A DNA stretch of 58,046 nt. Source: a virus. Lineage: Duplodnaviria > Caudoviricetes. This document shows, one piece after another, positions 45,358-55,129 of the stretch; the stretch's first letter is position 1; every line of letters begins with the position of its first letter. Location of the stretch: IMG/VR virus record IMGVR_UViG_3300025652_006157, positions 1 through 58,046 of that record, one strand, 5' to 3'. The notes under the pieces are model-generated. The model was not told the DNA's origin and did not search any database. It saw only the letters and a list, made by a program, of their open reading frames with translations. The position numbers and the translations under genes are program-made.

Positions 45358-45801
45358 TTATGCTAGGGTAAATAGTCCTGAACCGTTAAAAGTTATAGAA
45401 ATATCACCTGTTTGAAGGCTAATAGGCGTGGAGCCTGCGTCTGTTGTCATATCAATAAAGGCTAAAGCATCGCCAAGCCCTGCACCGGCTACAGTACTAT
45501 AAACTATAGCAGCTACAATGTTTGTAGGCCCTGAAACATCCTTAACCCATGTAGGTACTGTAACACTGCCACAGGTCACTGTTCCACCCGATTCTAACCA
45601 TGTTAGTGCAACAGTTATACCGCCAGCAACATAAGATGTGCCACCTGTAACTTCTGTAAAGTCGTCAGTATCGGGGCTTACCGTACCAACTGCAGGAAGA
45701 GTAGTAACTAGCATAACTTTAAAAGTATCTGCCTGTAGGTCTACTAAACCTGATATATTTTTCTTAGCTTCGTTAAATACTGTTAAAGTACCTTGTGCCA
45801 T
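45358..45801 (-). CDS. Virion structural protein
   Basis: DTFKVML, EV.GTSYVAGG, GDISITF..SGLF pattern in tail operon. Confidence 0.65.
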   Translation of the reverse strand: MAQGTLTVFNEAKKNISGLVDLQADTFKVMLVTTLPAVGTVSPDTDDFTEVTGGTSYVAGGITVALTWLESGGTVTCGSVTVPTWVKDVSGPTNIVAAIVYSTVAGAGLGDALAFIDMTTDAGSTPISLQTGDISITFNGSGLFTLA

Positions 45802-45816
45802 TTTATTTTCCTATTT

Positions 45817-46155
45817 TTAAGATTCGTAGACTATATCGAAAGTAACTGATATAGTTCTAGTTATTGGGGATGAATAAACCTCTTTCCATGAGGAAGCTAC
45901 AACCTGTATTGCTGTTGCCTCTCCTGGAGGTGTCCAAGTAAAAGACTCCACACCTTTTCTAGCTTGAAAAAACCCTACAATTCCTGCAGAATCTTCTAAG
46001 CTTCTATTGTTGAAGCTTATGCTCCACTTTTTGCTGATAGTATTAATACCATCAGCCAGTCTTTGAGAATACCCATCCCCAAACTGAGCAGACAGCACCC
46101 TTGGGGAGCTGTCTGAAGAGAATGAAGTAGAAGGTATATATGTAAATGTTGCCAT
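45817..46155 (-). CDS. Minor tail protein M-like (distal tail)
   Basis: FGDGYSQR..DGIN, G..SFTWTPPG. Confidence 0.9.
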   Translation of the reverse strand: MATFTYIPSTSFSSDSSPRVLSAQFGDGYSQRLADGINTISKKWSISFNNRSLEDSAGIVGFFQARKGVESFTWTPPGEATAIQVVASSWKEVYSSPITRTISVTFDIVYES

Positions 46156-49100
46156 TATGCTAATAAGCCTCCTGGGCGTTTTTGTGTCATTATTTCAGCT
46201 TTAACCGTGTTAGAAATCATTTTAGCCAACTGTCTAGCTTCTTCATAGTTGGCCCCATCTCCTGTTGCGCTAGTAGTATCTCCGCCGCTAGCATCTATAT
46301 TAATGTTAACTACAACACTACCGCCTGAGCCAGTCATATTAACTGGAATAGTTCTACCATCTGGTAGAGGTACAACAGCTTCGTTCATGCTTCCTTCACC
46401 TGCAATAGATGGTTTAGTTGCTATACCACCTTTTGCGAACATAGGAACTTCTATAGCTGCAGCTTCTACACCTAACCCATAACTAGTTGCTCCAGATGCC
46501 GAAGTAATACCACCTGCTAAGGCACCACTAACTCCTCCTGTGAATACACCTATGGCTGCGCTTACTGCAGTACCTAATAAGCCCCCAATACCCCCACCAC
46601 TTGATGAAGACCCAAACAGTCCAGAGATATACTTGAAGGCGCTACCTAAGTTATCCCATAAACCTGAAAATAAGTCTTTCAACCATATTCCTACATCCAT
46701 GAAAGCATCTTTTACTTTTTGAGTAACTTGGGTAAATAAGCTAGCTGACTTAGAAGCATTATCTGCCGCTAATTTGCTAGGGTCTTCACTGCCAGACGCC
46801 CCTCCATTTCTTGTATTTGACGCTATCTCTGCTAAATAAGTAACTTTCTTTTCTTCAATAGTGCTAAAGTCTTTATTAAACAAACTACTGGCTATTTGAC
46901 GCATGCCTAAACTAATATCTTCTTTTAGGAAGCCTGCAAGCGTATCACGTAATGTTTCAGAGCCTGCTATAAACGCATCTTTTATAGACTGCATAACAGT
47001 AGAATCGCCTGAGAAACCATCAACTAAAGCGTCTGTGAAAGCATCACTAGTTTTAGTGAAAGTTTGAACCATTCTATCAATATCATTAGTCATAGAATCT
47101 GTGAAGTTTTTAAGCTCTTTCTTCAATGCTTGACCAAACACACCAATAGCAGCTTTATTATCATCAAGGCTCCCAAACACACGGAAACTCTGAGTCTTTT
47201 TAAGTGCTTCGAACTCTCTTTCTTGTAAGGCTAAAGATTCGTTTTCGTTTATGATTTTAAGCTTTTGGTAGCTTAAAGTATCTTGTTGAAGCTGCGCTTG
47301 TTGTTGTAGTAAAATTGTTGAGTATGCGGTAATTTCCCCAGACTCTTTCTTTTTATTTTGTTTTATTATTTCTAAATCTATTAACCTTTGTTGCTGTATA
47401 AGGTCAAGGGAAGCAGCCATCTCTTTCTGCTTATTTAAGCCTTCAGTAGAGGTAACTATGTCGCTAATATTCTGTAGCTGCTCTTCATAATTAGCAGTAC
47501 CGTAACTTAATTGCTTATTCATAGCTTCAAGCGTAGAAACGTTCAAACTTAATATTTCTGCTTCATTTTCAGAGTTTTGCTGCCCAGACTTACGGGTAGC
47601 TGTAGCTCTTTCAATAGCTAAATCTATTCCCAATAGTTCACTTTTCTCTTTTTCAAGAAGTTTTATAGATTCAGACTGCGCAGCTACTTTAGCTTTTTGT
47701 GCGTTTATTTTATTAACATCATCACCTAAAGCGTTTACTAATCTAGCTTGGTAATCTCTCTCACTAGTAGCCACATCTATCTTAGTAGCAAGAATATCTC
47801 GCTCGATAGTTCTTCTAGCATCAATTAAGTCTAAGTTTGTAGCTTCGAACTCTGATAGTTTTTTAGAGGCTGTAAGCTGTAAACCTAGTGCGGTTAGTTT
47901 GTCTTTATTTACAATATCTGATGTTTCTTTTATCTGTAATCGTCTTTGCTCTGCTCTGACTTTAGCTATATCGCTTTCTACAGAAAATTCATCTAACTTA
48001 ACACCTAAGTATCTTTGTGTATTTGTGCTTAAAGAAGCTAAAAATGATATTTTTGCCTTGTCTCTTGTAAGACTACTAGTTCCTGATATTTCATCAAGTA
48101 CTGGAATACTATCTAATGCTGCTAAACCAATATCAAACTCTCTTAGTGTTTTAGACGCAGAAGAAATGTTAGATGCTGCTAAGGCTGCTTGAGATATATT
48201 AGAACTTATACCTTTTGAAGACTCCTCCATAGCACGGAAGTTACCCTGTAACATTCTAAGAGGTTTTGAAGCCTCTTCCATTGTACTTTTTAAGATTAAT
48301 ACCTGCTTAACTAGTGCTGTATAAATTTCTTCATTTACTTTTGCTTCAGCTTCTACTCTAGTTTGATCAAATCCCTGCCTCTTACTTCCAAACGTTAACT
48401 CGCCGGCATCACGTCTAGCCCCGAAAGTTTTAAAGCTTCCAGTACCTTCTTGTGCTGCTTTTATATTTGCGTCTAGCTCTGGGTTCAGCACTCTCACATC
48501 TATATTAGTTACAGCTTTAGTCTGTGCTATTAACTTTTCTACCATCTCTAGCTGATTAGTTATAAGCGAACTACCGCCTGTGACAGAGCTTAAAAACCTG
48601 TCAAAGAACGTCATTTCTTTCATAGCCCCAGCTGCTTCTATTAGCTTATCCGCTGCTGTTTCCAACGTGCTAAAGGTATTTACCAAAGCATCTATAAACT
48701 TTATTTGACTAGTTAAGTCATCTGGTGTATTATCTAACCCTCTAGCTAATATTAGACTTTTCTGTATGCCTTCTTGCTCTTCTAAAAGCTTAGAGCTTTC
48801 TTTAATTGCAGTATTAAACTTATCATATGCTGGAGTTAATAAACCTACTGTTGTAGCTAGAAATTTAAAGCCCTCAAAAGCTATAGTAAGCCCCGCCGCT
48901 ATAGGCAGCAGCTTGCTAAAAGCGCTAAATGCCGCCTTACCTGCATAAGCTACAGAGCCTAAACCTACCGCTAACTTAGAGGTTAAAGTGCCTGAGGATA
49001 GTACAGCAGACATATTTGCTCTAAAAGCTGTAAAGGATACTGCAGCTAACCCACCCTGTATTCCTCGACTAAGCTCCTGTCCCATACCTATTGCTGCAGC

Positions 49101-50501
49101 TTTGAATCTTGTAGTAAATATAGAGATATTAGTTGCCGCCGCACTAAGTCCTGTTTTTACACTTTCCTTTATTAGTGCCTGCCCTCTAACAGTTCCTGTC
49201 TCATAGCCTTTTACTAACTCTCTGGCAAGATCAGTACTTATGTTTTTTCCTCTAAACTCTACCGTATCTACACCATTCTCTATAGCAAATTTAGTTTTAT
49301 TTCTTAAACTAGCTATGTAAGGTTTCAAAGACTTATTAACTGCGGCTAAGAACTCTGAGCCACCAAGACCGTCTTTTACGGCTTTAGCTATAGCAGAAGA
49401 CCCAGTTCTAGAAAATTTAAGTATTTCTGGGTTACCTGCTAGTCTTGATTTAATGGCGCTACCTGACTTAGCCTTCTCCCCCTCTATAGAGGTGCCGAGA
49501 GAATTTTTTAAGTCTATAGCTTTCTTTTTAAGGATATCTATTTGTGCTGCTGAGTTGCTTATACTTGTAGCAAGTTTATCTTGAAAAGCATCGCCTAAGC
49601 TAGCTATGGCAGGTATGGCTAGATTTAATAATGCAGAAGATAAACTGATAATAGCTATAGTAATTAAAGTACTGTTGTCTGCCAAAAATCCTACTATACC
49701 CGTAATTGGTCCAGATATGAAAGATAATATCTTTTGTCCTATATCTAGAAATTCTGCCGATAGTTTTTGGTAGGGTTTAGCAACAGCACCAATGTTAGCG
49801 TACTTATCTTCACCTTGTTCTAATACTTGATTAAGGATAGCCTGTGATTTTTCAAAGGTTGATAAGTCTTTAGCGGCTTTACCAATACTTTCACCATACT
49901 TCTCAGAAGCATCTGTAAGTCTTAGTATAATACCGAACTCATCTACTAACTCTGGCTCACCCTTAACAACAGCTTGTACTAATCTATTTACAGCGTCAGG
50001 AACGTTTCTACCTAAAACAGTAGCCGCCTTAACACCTATAGTAGTTAATCTCTCTAAACCGCTCTGAGAAATCCCAGCAGCAGTTGAAAGGTTAGCTATA
50101 CGCATAGATTCAGCAAAGGTTAGGGCGCCATCACTTATTTCTTTTAAACTTCTAGCAACGCCAGCATAGTTTATACCAGTAGTTGCGGCTAATTGTCTAG
50201 CTGACTCTTCCATTGCAGATAAATCAGCACTAACTTTTAATATATGAAAGGCAGCGGTAAGAGCAAACACATGTGCAGCAACGGTAGCATACGCTCTAAC
50301 TATGCCCCCCATTCCCTGTGCCTGCTTAGAAAAGTTCTTGGTATTGTTGGCTAGGCCAGCAGTACCTTTATTCATTCTATCTATTTCACCGCTAGTATCT
50401 TTAGCCGATCTTTTTACTTTATCTAATCCGCCAGCTAGTTGTAAAACACCATCTGCGCGTACTTCAACTTTAAGCGTTTTAATTACTGTGCTACTTGCCA
50501 T
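46155..50501 (-). CDS. Tape measure protein
   Basis: 1448 aa, Ala/Leu-rich helical; K.EPELVDEFGI; C-terminal FAKGG..GEG..EAVVPL..QKRPGGLL. Confidence 0.93.
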   Translation of the reverse strand: MASSTVIKTLKVEVRADGVLQLAGGLDKVKRSAKDTSGEIDRMNKGTAGLANNTKNFSKQAQGMGGIVRAYATVAAHVFALTAAFHILKVSADLSAMEESARQLAATTGINYAGVARSLKEISDGALTFAESMRIANLSTAAGISQSGLERLTTIGVKAATVLGRNVPDAVNRLVQAVVKGEPELVDEFGIILRLTDASEKYGESIGKAAKDLSTFEKSQAILNQVLEQGEDKYANIGAVAKPYQKLSAEFLDIGQKILSFISGPITGIVGFLADNSTLITIAIISLSSALLNLAIPAIASLGDAFQDKLATSISNSAAQIDILKKKAIDLKNSLGTSIEGEKAKSGSAIKSRLAGNPEILKFSRTGSSAIAKAVKDGLGGSEFLAAVNKSLKPYIASLRNKTKFAIENGVDTVEFRGKNISTDLARELVKGYETGTVRGQALIKESVKTGLSAAATNISIFTTRFKAAAIGMGQELSRGIQGGLAAVSFTAFRANMSAVLSSGTLTSKLAVGLGSVAYAGKAAFSAFSKLLPIAAGLTIAFEGFKFLATTVGLLTPAYDKFNTAIKESSKLLEEQEGIQKSLILARGLDNTPDDLTSQIKFIDALVNTFSTLETAADKLIEAAGAMKEMTFFDRFLSSVTGGSSLITNQLEMVEKLIAQTKAVTNIDVRVLNPELDANIKAAQEGTGSFKTFGARRDAGELTFGSKRQGFDQTRVEAEAKVNEEIYTALVKQVLILKSTMEEASKPLRMLQGNFRAMEESSKGISSNISQAALAASNISSASKTLREFDIGLAALDSIPVLDEISGTSSLTRDKAKISFLASLSTNTQRYLGVKLDEFSVESDIAKVRAEQRRLQIKETSDIVNKDKLTALGLQLTASKKLSEFEATNLDLIDARRTIERDILATKIDVATSERDYQARLVNALGDDVNKINAQKAKVAAQSESIKLLEKEKSELLGIDLAIERATATRKSGQQNSENEAEILSLNVSTLEAMNKQLSYGTANYEEQLQNISDIVTSTEGLNKQKEMAASLDLIQQQRLIDLEIIKQNKKKESGEITAYSTILLQQQAQLQQDTLSYQKLKIINENESLALQEREFEALKKTQSFRVFGSLDDNKAAIGVFGQALKKELKNFTDSMTNDIDRMVQTFTKTSDAFTDALVDGFSGDSTVMQSIKDAFIAGSETLRDTLAGFLKEDISLGMRQIASSLFNKDFSTIEEKKVTYLAEIASNTRNGGASGSEDPSKLAADNASKSASLFTQVTQKVKDAFMDVGIWLKDLFSGLWDNLGSAFKYISGLFGSSSSGGGIGGLLGTAVSAAIGVFTGGVSGALAGGITSASGATSYGLGVEAAAIEVPMFAKGGIATKPSIAGEGSMNEAVVPLPDGRTIPVNMTGSGGSVVVNINIDASGGDTTSATGDGANYEEARQLAKMISNTVKAEIMTQKRPGGLLA

Positions 50502-50878
50502 TTGTTTTATTCGCCTTTTTCTTAGCGTAATACGCTATGTTATCCTCGTCTATTAGCATTATATAGCCTAAATACACTGCTTGTAGATCTTGTGGTACTT
50601 CATGTAGTTTAAATAAATACTCAATCAAGGATAGATCTTTTCCCGTATAGAGACCAGAGAAACCATCTACAGTAGACTTTAGCAGTTTATATACTTGAAG
50701 AACCTGTAGAATATCAAAGGTTAGCTCTGAGTCCTCTACAGGCATTTCTTCTTCTATAGGCTCTGACCCTGTTATCTCACAGGATTCTAAATATCTAGCT
50801 TTAGTTAGCCCTTCTCTAGAGGCTGCGACAAATCTTGTTAATAAAGATATGTCTAATTCTATACGGTCTTGTTGAAAA
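50491..50878 (-). CDS. Tail assembly chaperone, frameshift-extension part (GT-like)
   Basis: -1 frame open from the end of the upstream chaperone into ORF 50745-50491. Confidence 0.65.
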
Positions 50879-51275
50879 GCGAAACATCATTGATAACAGC
50901 CATTAGCCAGTTATCAAAAGCTGTTGAGTTTTTTACAAGTGTAGTAGCCGCTTCTGCAGAGAAAGGAAACTCAGCTTCTGTGTCTGTAACACTAGATAAG
51001 TCTACAGGCATTAGTTCTGCTAAGTATTTGATTTTTAAACCTGACCAACCTTTTAAAGCCTCACCAACATATAACTTATAAAATAAGTCATCATCAATTG
51101 CTTCTTCTGGTTGTCTTGTTGTTTTATTAAAGCCAATAGTTGTGGCTTGTTTTCTTAGTTTTTGTAGTAAATCTCTAGACATGTATTGCAGATTAACCTC
51201 AAACCCTTTAAGGTCTGGATCTGGGTATGCAAGTGTTATCAAAGAGCTTGCTGATAAAAGTGATTTTAATTCCAC
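50859..51275 (-). CDS. Tail assembly chaperone
   Basis: Between tail tube and TMP; LKGWSGL motif. Confidence 0.8.
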   Translation of the reverse strand: MELKSLLSASSLITLAYPDPDLKGFEVNLQYMSRDLLQKLRKQATTIGFNKTTRQPEEAIDDDLFYKLYVGEALKGWSGLKIKYLAELMPVDLSSVTDTEAEFPFSAEAATTLVKNSTAFDNWLMAVINDVSLFNKTV

Positions 51276-51328
51276 GAATTTAATTCCATTATATATAAAG
51301 ACCCTACCTCTATATACATTATATAACT

Positions 51329-51361
51329 AAAAAAGCTAGCCGGGAGAGTAGGGCTCCCGGC
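51329..51361 (-). terminator. Terminator after major tail gene
   Basis: GCCGGGAG/CTCCCGGC stem + T-run on minus strand. Confidence 0.7.
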
Positions 51362-51402
51362 AATACATGTCAACACGTACTTTCGCTCAAACTATCTTGC
51401 TA

Positions 51403-52812
51403 CTATACAGTAGCGTAATATCTAACAAGTAATTCATCTGTAGTATCAATATCCTGACCTAGAGCTGAGAAAGTAATATCTAACCCAAGAACGTCAGCAG
51501 TAGATACTGCAGGAATTACCAAATGTGTATGTTTCATATCAAACTCTACACGAGGAGTAGCGTTTCCGCCAATTTTTAACAATAGCTCAAACTCTTGAGT
51601 AACTGTAGAAGTATCTGAAACTAAGTCAGATAATAAACCACCAGAGTTATTAGCGCCAGTGTTTAAGTAACAAGTTACACTACCTGATACACTACGTGCG
51701 CCAGTGAATGAACCAATAGGTGTATTAACAACACCAAGTTCTTCAGGAGTTAAGAATGTAACACCATTATCAATAGTTAAAGAACCACCAGTGATAGCAA
51801 CGTTATAAGCTTTAAGTGCGCCTGTACCACCAGTTTGAGCACCAAGACCAACAAAAGCTGCCGTTTGCAGTGTTGTAAATAGGTCATCAACGCCAGGTTC
51901 TGTTACACTAACAGATGATGTAGTACCAGAAGTTATTGAAGTAACAACTAAGTCGCCGTCAACTAAAGCTAAGTAAGCGTTATCTAGTTGTTGGTTTATT
52001 TCATTGATTACTTGAGATACTGTTCCGCCTGTAAGTACTGGAGAAGTTGCTGCAGGATCAATAGTAATAACTTGAGCTGCTGCACCATCTACTGCTATCT
52101 CTGCTGTATAGCTTGTAGCATCTACAAGAGTATGTAGATCAGTAGATAAAAGAGCAGTTCCAAAGTCTACTGTCCAGCTTGCTGATGTAGTGCCTGTAGC
52201 CTTGCTTAAAGACATAACAGATAGTTTATTAGTAATAAACTCAGCTGCTGTATCAATTGCTAGGAATTCTCCAGTTGTAGGATATGTTCCTACAGCTTTT
52301 TCAGTTACTGCAGAACCTTGACCAGACCATGCAACCATTGCAATACCGTCAATAGAGAAATCTACTTCAGCAGTATTAATAATTACGTCTTCTACATGGT
52401 ATGTAGTATTTTCTAAAACAAAGTAGAATTGTAACTTCAGTAACTCATGAACGTTTGAATTTTCAAAGTCAGCTTCGAAGTATGACGCGCCCGATTTAGT
52501 ATTTACATTCAAAGGACCAGCACCAACTAAAGCTTCCCAAAGCACACGCTCTACAGCGTTGTGAGTAACATTGAAAAAAGGTCTAGCGTACGTACTTACG
52601 GAAACAGCTGCTGGGTTCAATGCTGTGTTAAAGATTTTCTTACCACGAGTAGGTGATTCACCTGCTTCTGATACTGTAACTTCCTGCGTTGCTGCATCTT
52701 GTGAGAATGAGTATCCGTCTAATACAGGGATCTCAAACGTGTCGGCTGAAGTCCAGCCAGTTTTAACAGTAGAAACATATAGTTTAGTACTGCGGGATAG
52801 GTTTAAAGACAT
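51403..52812 (-). CDS. Major tail tube protein (T5 pb6-like)
   Basis: LSRSTKLYVSTV, DGYSFSQ, FNTALNP, DFSIDGIA, PIGSFTG.RSVSGS. Confidence 0.9.
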   Translation of the reverse strand: MSLNLSRSTKLYVSTVKTGWTSADTFEIPVLDGYSFSQDAATQEVTVSEAGESPTRGKKIFNTALNPAAVSVSTYARPFFNVTHNAVERVLWEALVGAGPLNVNTKSGASYFEADFENSNVHELLKLQFYFVLENTTYHVEDVIINTAEVDFSIDGIAMVAWSGQGSAVTEKAVGTYPTTGEFLAIDTAAEFITNKLSVMSLSKATGTTSASWTVDFGTALLSTDLHTLVDATSYTAEIAVDGAAAQVITIDPAATSPVLTGGTVSQVINEINQQLDNAYLALVDGDLVVTSITSGTTSSVSVTEPGVDDLFTTLQTAAFVGLGAQTGGTGALKAYNVAITGGSLTIDNGVTFLTPEELGVVNTPIGSFTGARSVSGSVTCYLNTGANNSGGLLSDLVSDTSTVTQEFELLLKIGGNATPRVEFDMKHTHLVIPAVSTADVLGLDITFSALGQDIDTTDELLVRYYATV

Positions 52813-52881
52813 TTAGATCTCCAATTTTTTAATTTAAACATATTAGTAGTTATCCGATAATTATCTTTATACGACTAATAC

Positions 52882-53322
52882 TTATTTAACTTGATATTGA
52901 ACTATCAAGTCTACTTCTGCTACGCCAAACGGGGCTAGAAGCCCCTGATCTGTTGTAATAGATCCTATTCGTAAATCTTCTATTTTATCACTTGTATCTG
53001 TATCAAAGATAAAGTGTATATTGGAATCTACTACGTACTCTATATCTTGTAGAATACTTTCTAATTCAACTAGCGGGTTTTCGTCTGAATTAACATATAT
53101 CTTTATAGATACAGCTAGGTAGCCCCACTTGAAGCTTGCCGGTAAATACTCGCGCTGCTCGCTTCCTGGTATTACACATAAGTGTGGGAAGTCATTTACT
53201 TCGTCCCAGAATATAAGCTTATTAGTAATATTATTATAAAGATTAGATGTATAAGGCGCGCTGCCGTCTATTTCTTTTAATAGAGATATTAATTTCTCTG
53301 TAATTTTAGACCTTGCTGACAT
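52882..53322 (-). CDS. Tail terminator protein
   Basis: FWDEVNDFP, REYLP, ITTDQGLLAPFG. Confidence 0.8.
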   Translation of the reverse strand: MSARSKITEKLISLLKEIDGSAPYTSNLYNNITNKLIFWDEVNDFPHLCVIPGSEQREYLPASFKWGYLAVSIKIYVNSDENPLVELESILQDIEYVVDSNIHFIFDTDTSDKIEDLRIGSITTDQGLLAPFGVAEVDLIVQYQVK

Positions 53323-54500
53323 TATAGTATATTCTCTCTAGTTCTAATTTGTTTTTTATCCATGACACCTTTAGCTATTTCTTGGTTTAGCAGGTCTCTA
53401 ATAGCCCTGCCCGCAAGAAGACCTGGGTCTCTGCCTCTAGACCTCCAAGGGTCTTTACCTCGTCCACCTTGAGATACATCCTCAAAAACCTGATAAGGGC
53501 TTTCTTGAAAGTTATAGTATGCAGTGATACTTTTAGCACTTAGAGAAAGTCCGGTAACCACCACACTGTTTGCAAATCTTCCGCTTTGAAACCTTAAGTA
53601 TCTACTACTTGAGGGCTCCGATGAGTGGTGCATTCTGTTGGCTACGGCGTCAGATATATTATCGTTTAAGGCAGCTAATATAATACCTAAACTAGCAGCA
53701 CCTTCTTTCATCTCTCTAGGCTTAAACTCTCCTGACTTAGCTAGTTTTCTAGAAACATGTGTATCAGACACTGTTGGGAATGTTTTAGAAATACTCTTAG
53801 CAGACTTAGAAGTAGCGTTAGGGTATTTCTCAGACATAAAGTTTAACATATTGGCTAAGTCTTTAGCAATGGTGGCGATAGGACTGCCTGCCTTACTTGA
53901 CGACAATTTCTTCGTTAGGTTTGTTTCTAATGTTTTAAAGCCTGTCTTATAGCTGTTGTTATTAGGTATAACTACAGATACGTTAGTTGAAAACATAGAA
54001 AGTTGCTTAGTTAAAGCCAGAACATACCCAGTTGTTATCTGATACTTAGAAACTACATCAACCGAAACCTTTCCAGAGTCTACAACAGTATGTGGCTTAA
54101 CATCTTTAGCAGGTCTTCCGGGTTTACTAACTGCCTTAGCTTGTAAACTGTCCAATACCTTAGATAATCTCAAAGTGGCCTTATCTTTGCTGGTTGTTAC
54201 AATAACTATATCATCTCCGCGTTTATGGTACAGATGTTCACCAGGGCCTATACTACCAAGTACTTCAGCATTTATTCTCTGAATAGAGCCTAAAGGTCTA
54301 CCTTTAGAGCCCCCTAAGTTTTTTAAAACTACATCGCTATGGAGCTTTCTAAATATTATGCTTCCAGCAGCCTCTCCTAGGCTATGTATTAAATCCTTTT
54401 TAGACAGGGAAAGGACATATAGCCCTTTTACTGTCTCTCCGGCGCTTAAGTCTAGTGCCTTCCCTACATCTTCTTCTATAGTACCAATGAACTTACTCAT
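53322..54500 (-). CDS. Tail completion/neck protein
   Basis: C-terminal LRFQSGRFANS..PYQVFE..RDP; synteny. Confidence 0.7.
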   Translation of the reverse strand: MSKFIGTIEEDVGKALDLSAGETVKGLYVLSLSKKDLIHSLGEAAGSIIFRKLHSDVVLKNLGGSKGRPLGSIQRINAEVLGSIGPGEHLYHKRGDDIVIVTTSKDKATLRLSKVLDSLQAKAVSKPGRPAKDVKPHTVVDSGKVSVDVVSKYQITTGYVLALTKQLSMFSTNVSVVIPNNNSYKTGFKTLETNLTKKLSSSKAGSPIATIAKDLANMLNFMSEKYPNATSKSAKSISKTFPTVSDTHVSRKLAKSGEFKPREMKEGAASLGIILAALNDNISDAVANRMHHSSEPSSSRYLRFQSGRFANSVVVTGLSLSAKSITAYYNFQESPYQVFEDVSQGGRGKDPWRSRGRDPGLLAGRAIRDLLNQEIAKGVMDKKQIRTRENIL

Positions 54501-55069
54501 TAGTATATAATTCTATATAAGTCCATTACCCTCTTAATATGTGGGGGCAATGTTTTAGCTGTTGAACTTACTACCTCACCAACCATTCTTAGAGACTTTT
54601 TAGCGGTGTAGTCTTCATTCTTATAATAGTCTACCAAATCTAGGCAGGCTATTTTTAAATCTTCTGGGGCTACTTCATAGCCTCCGGCATATACTACCTT
54701 TAAACTATGATGTGCATAGCCTGTAGAAAAGAATGAGCCTGTTACTGTCTGAACAGTGCCTTCCTCTAAATCTACAAAGTAATCTGTATTTTCTACTAAA
54801 GCAGTCTCTGTTACTCCTCCGTCGGAAGATACAGATACAGAAGCTATAGTTATTATAGGTATTTCATCTAGGTACACTAAATCAGTACTAGTGCCGTCGA
54901 AGTATACTGTTAAATCTGCTCCAGAGTAGTGGTCTACAAAGGATCTATTACAGTAGTTTTTTACTAAAGAATTTACAGCAGACACTATATATCTTATTTG
55001 GTCATCTTTATCTGGATTGGTTATTCCTTTATAAGTCTTATACTCATCTAGGGTTACTAATTCTGCCAT
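54500..55069 (-). CDS. Head completion/head-tail adaptor protein
   Basis: LVTLDEYK, VKNYCNR, YAGGY..PEDLKIA, LPPHIKRV. Confidence 0.85.
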   Translation of the reverse strand: MAELVTLDEYKTYKGITNPDKDDQIRYIVSAVNSLVKNYCNRSFVDHYSGADLTVYFDGTSTDLVYLDEIPIITIASVSVSSDGGVTETALVENTDYFVDLEEGTVQTVTGSFFSTGYAHHSLKVVYAGGYEVAPEDLKIACLDLVDYYKNEDYTAKKSLRMVGEVVSSTAKTLPPHIKRVMDLYRIIY

Positions 55070-55089
55070 TCTTTTTATTCCTCACATAC

Positions 55090-55113
55090 AAAAATGGGGG
55101 CTTTCGCCCCCAT
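55090..55113 (-). terminator. Terminator after capsid gene
   Basis: GC-rich GAAA-tetraloop hairpin + T-run on minus strand. Confidence 0.8.
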
Positions 55114-55129
55114 CTTAATAGTATTTTAA

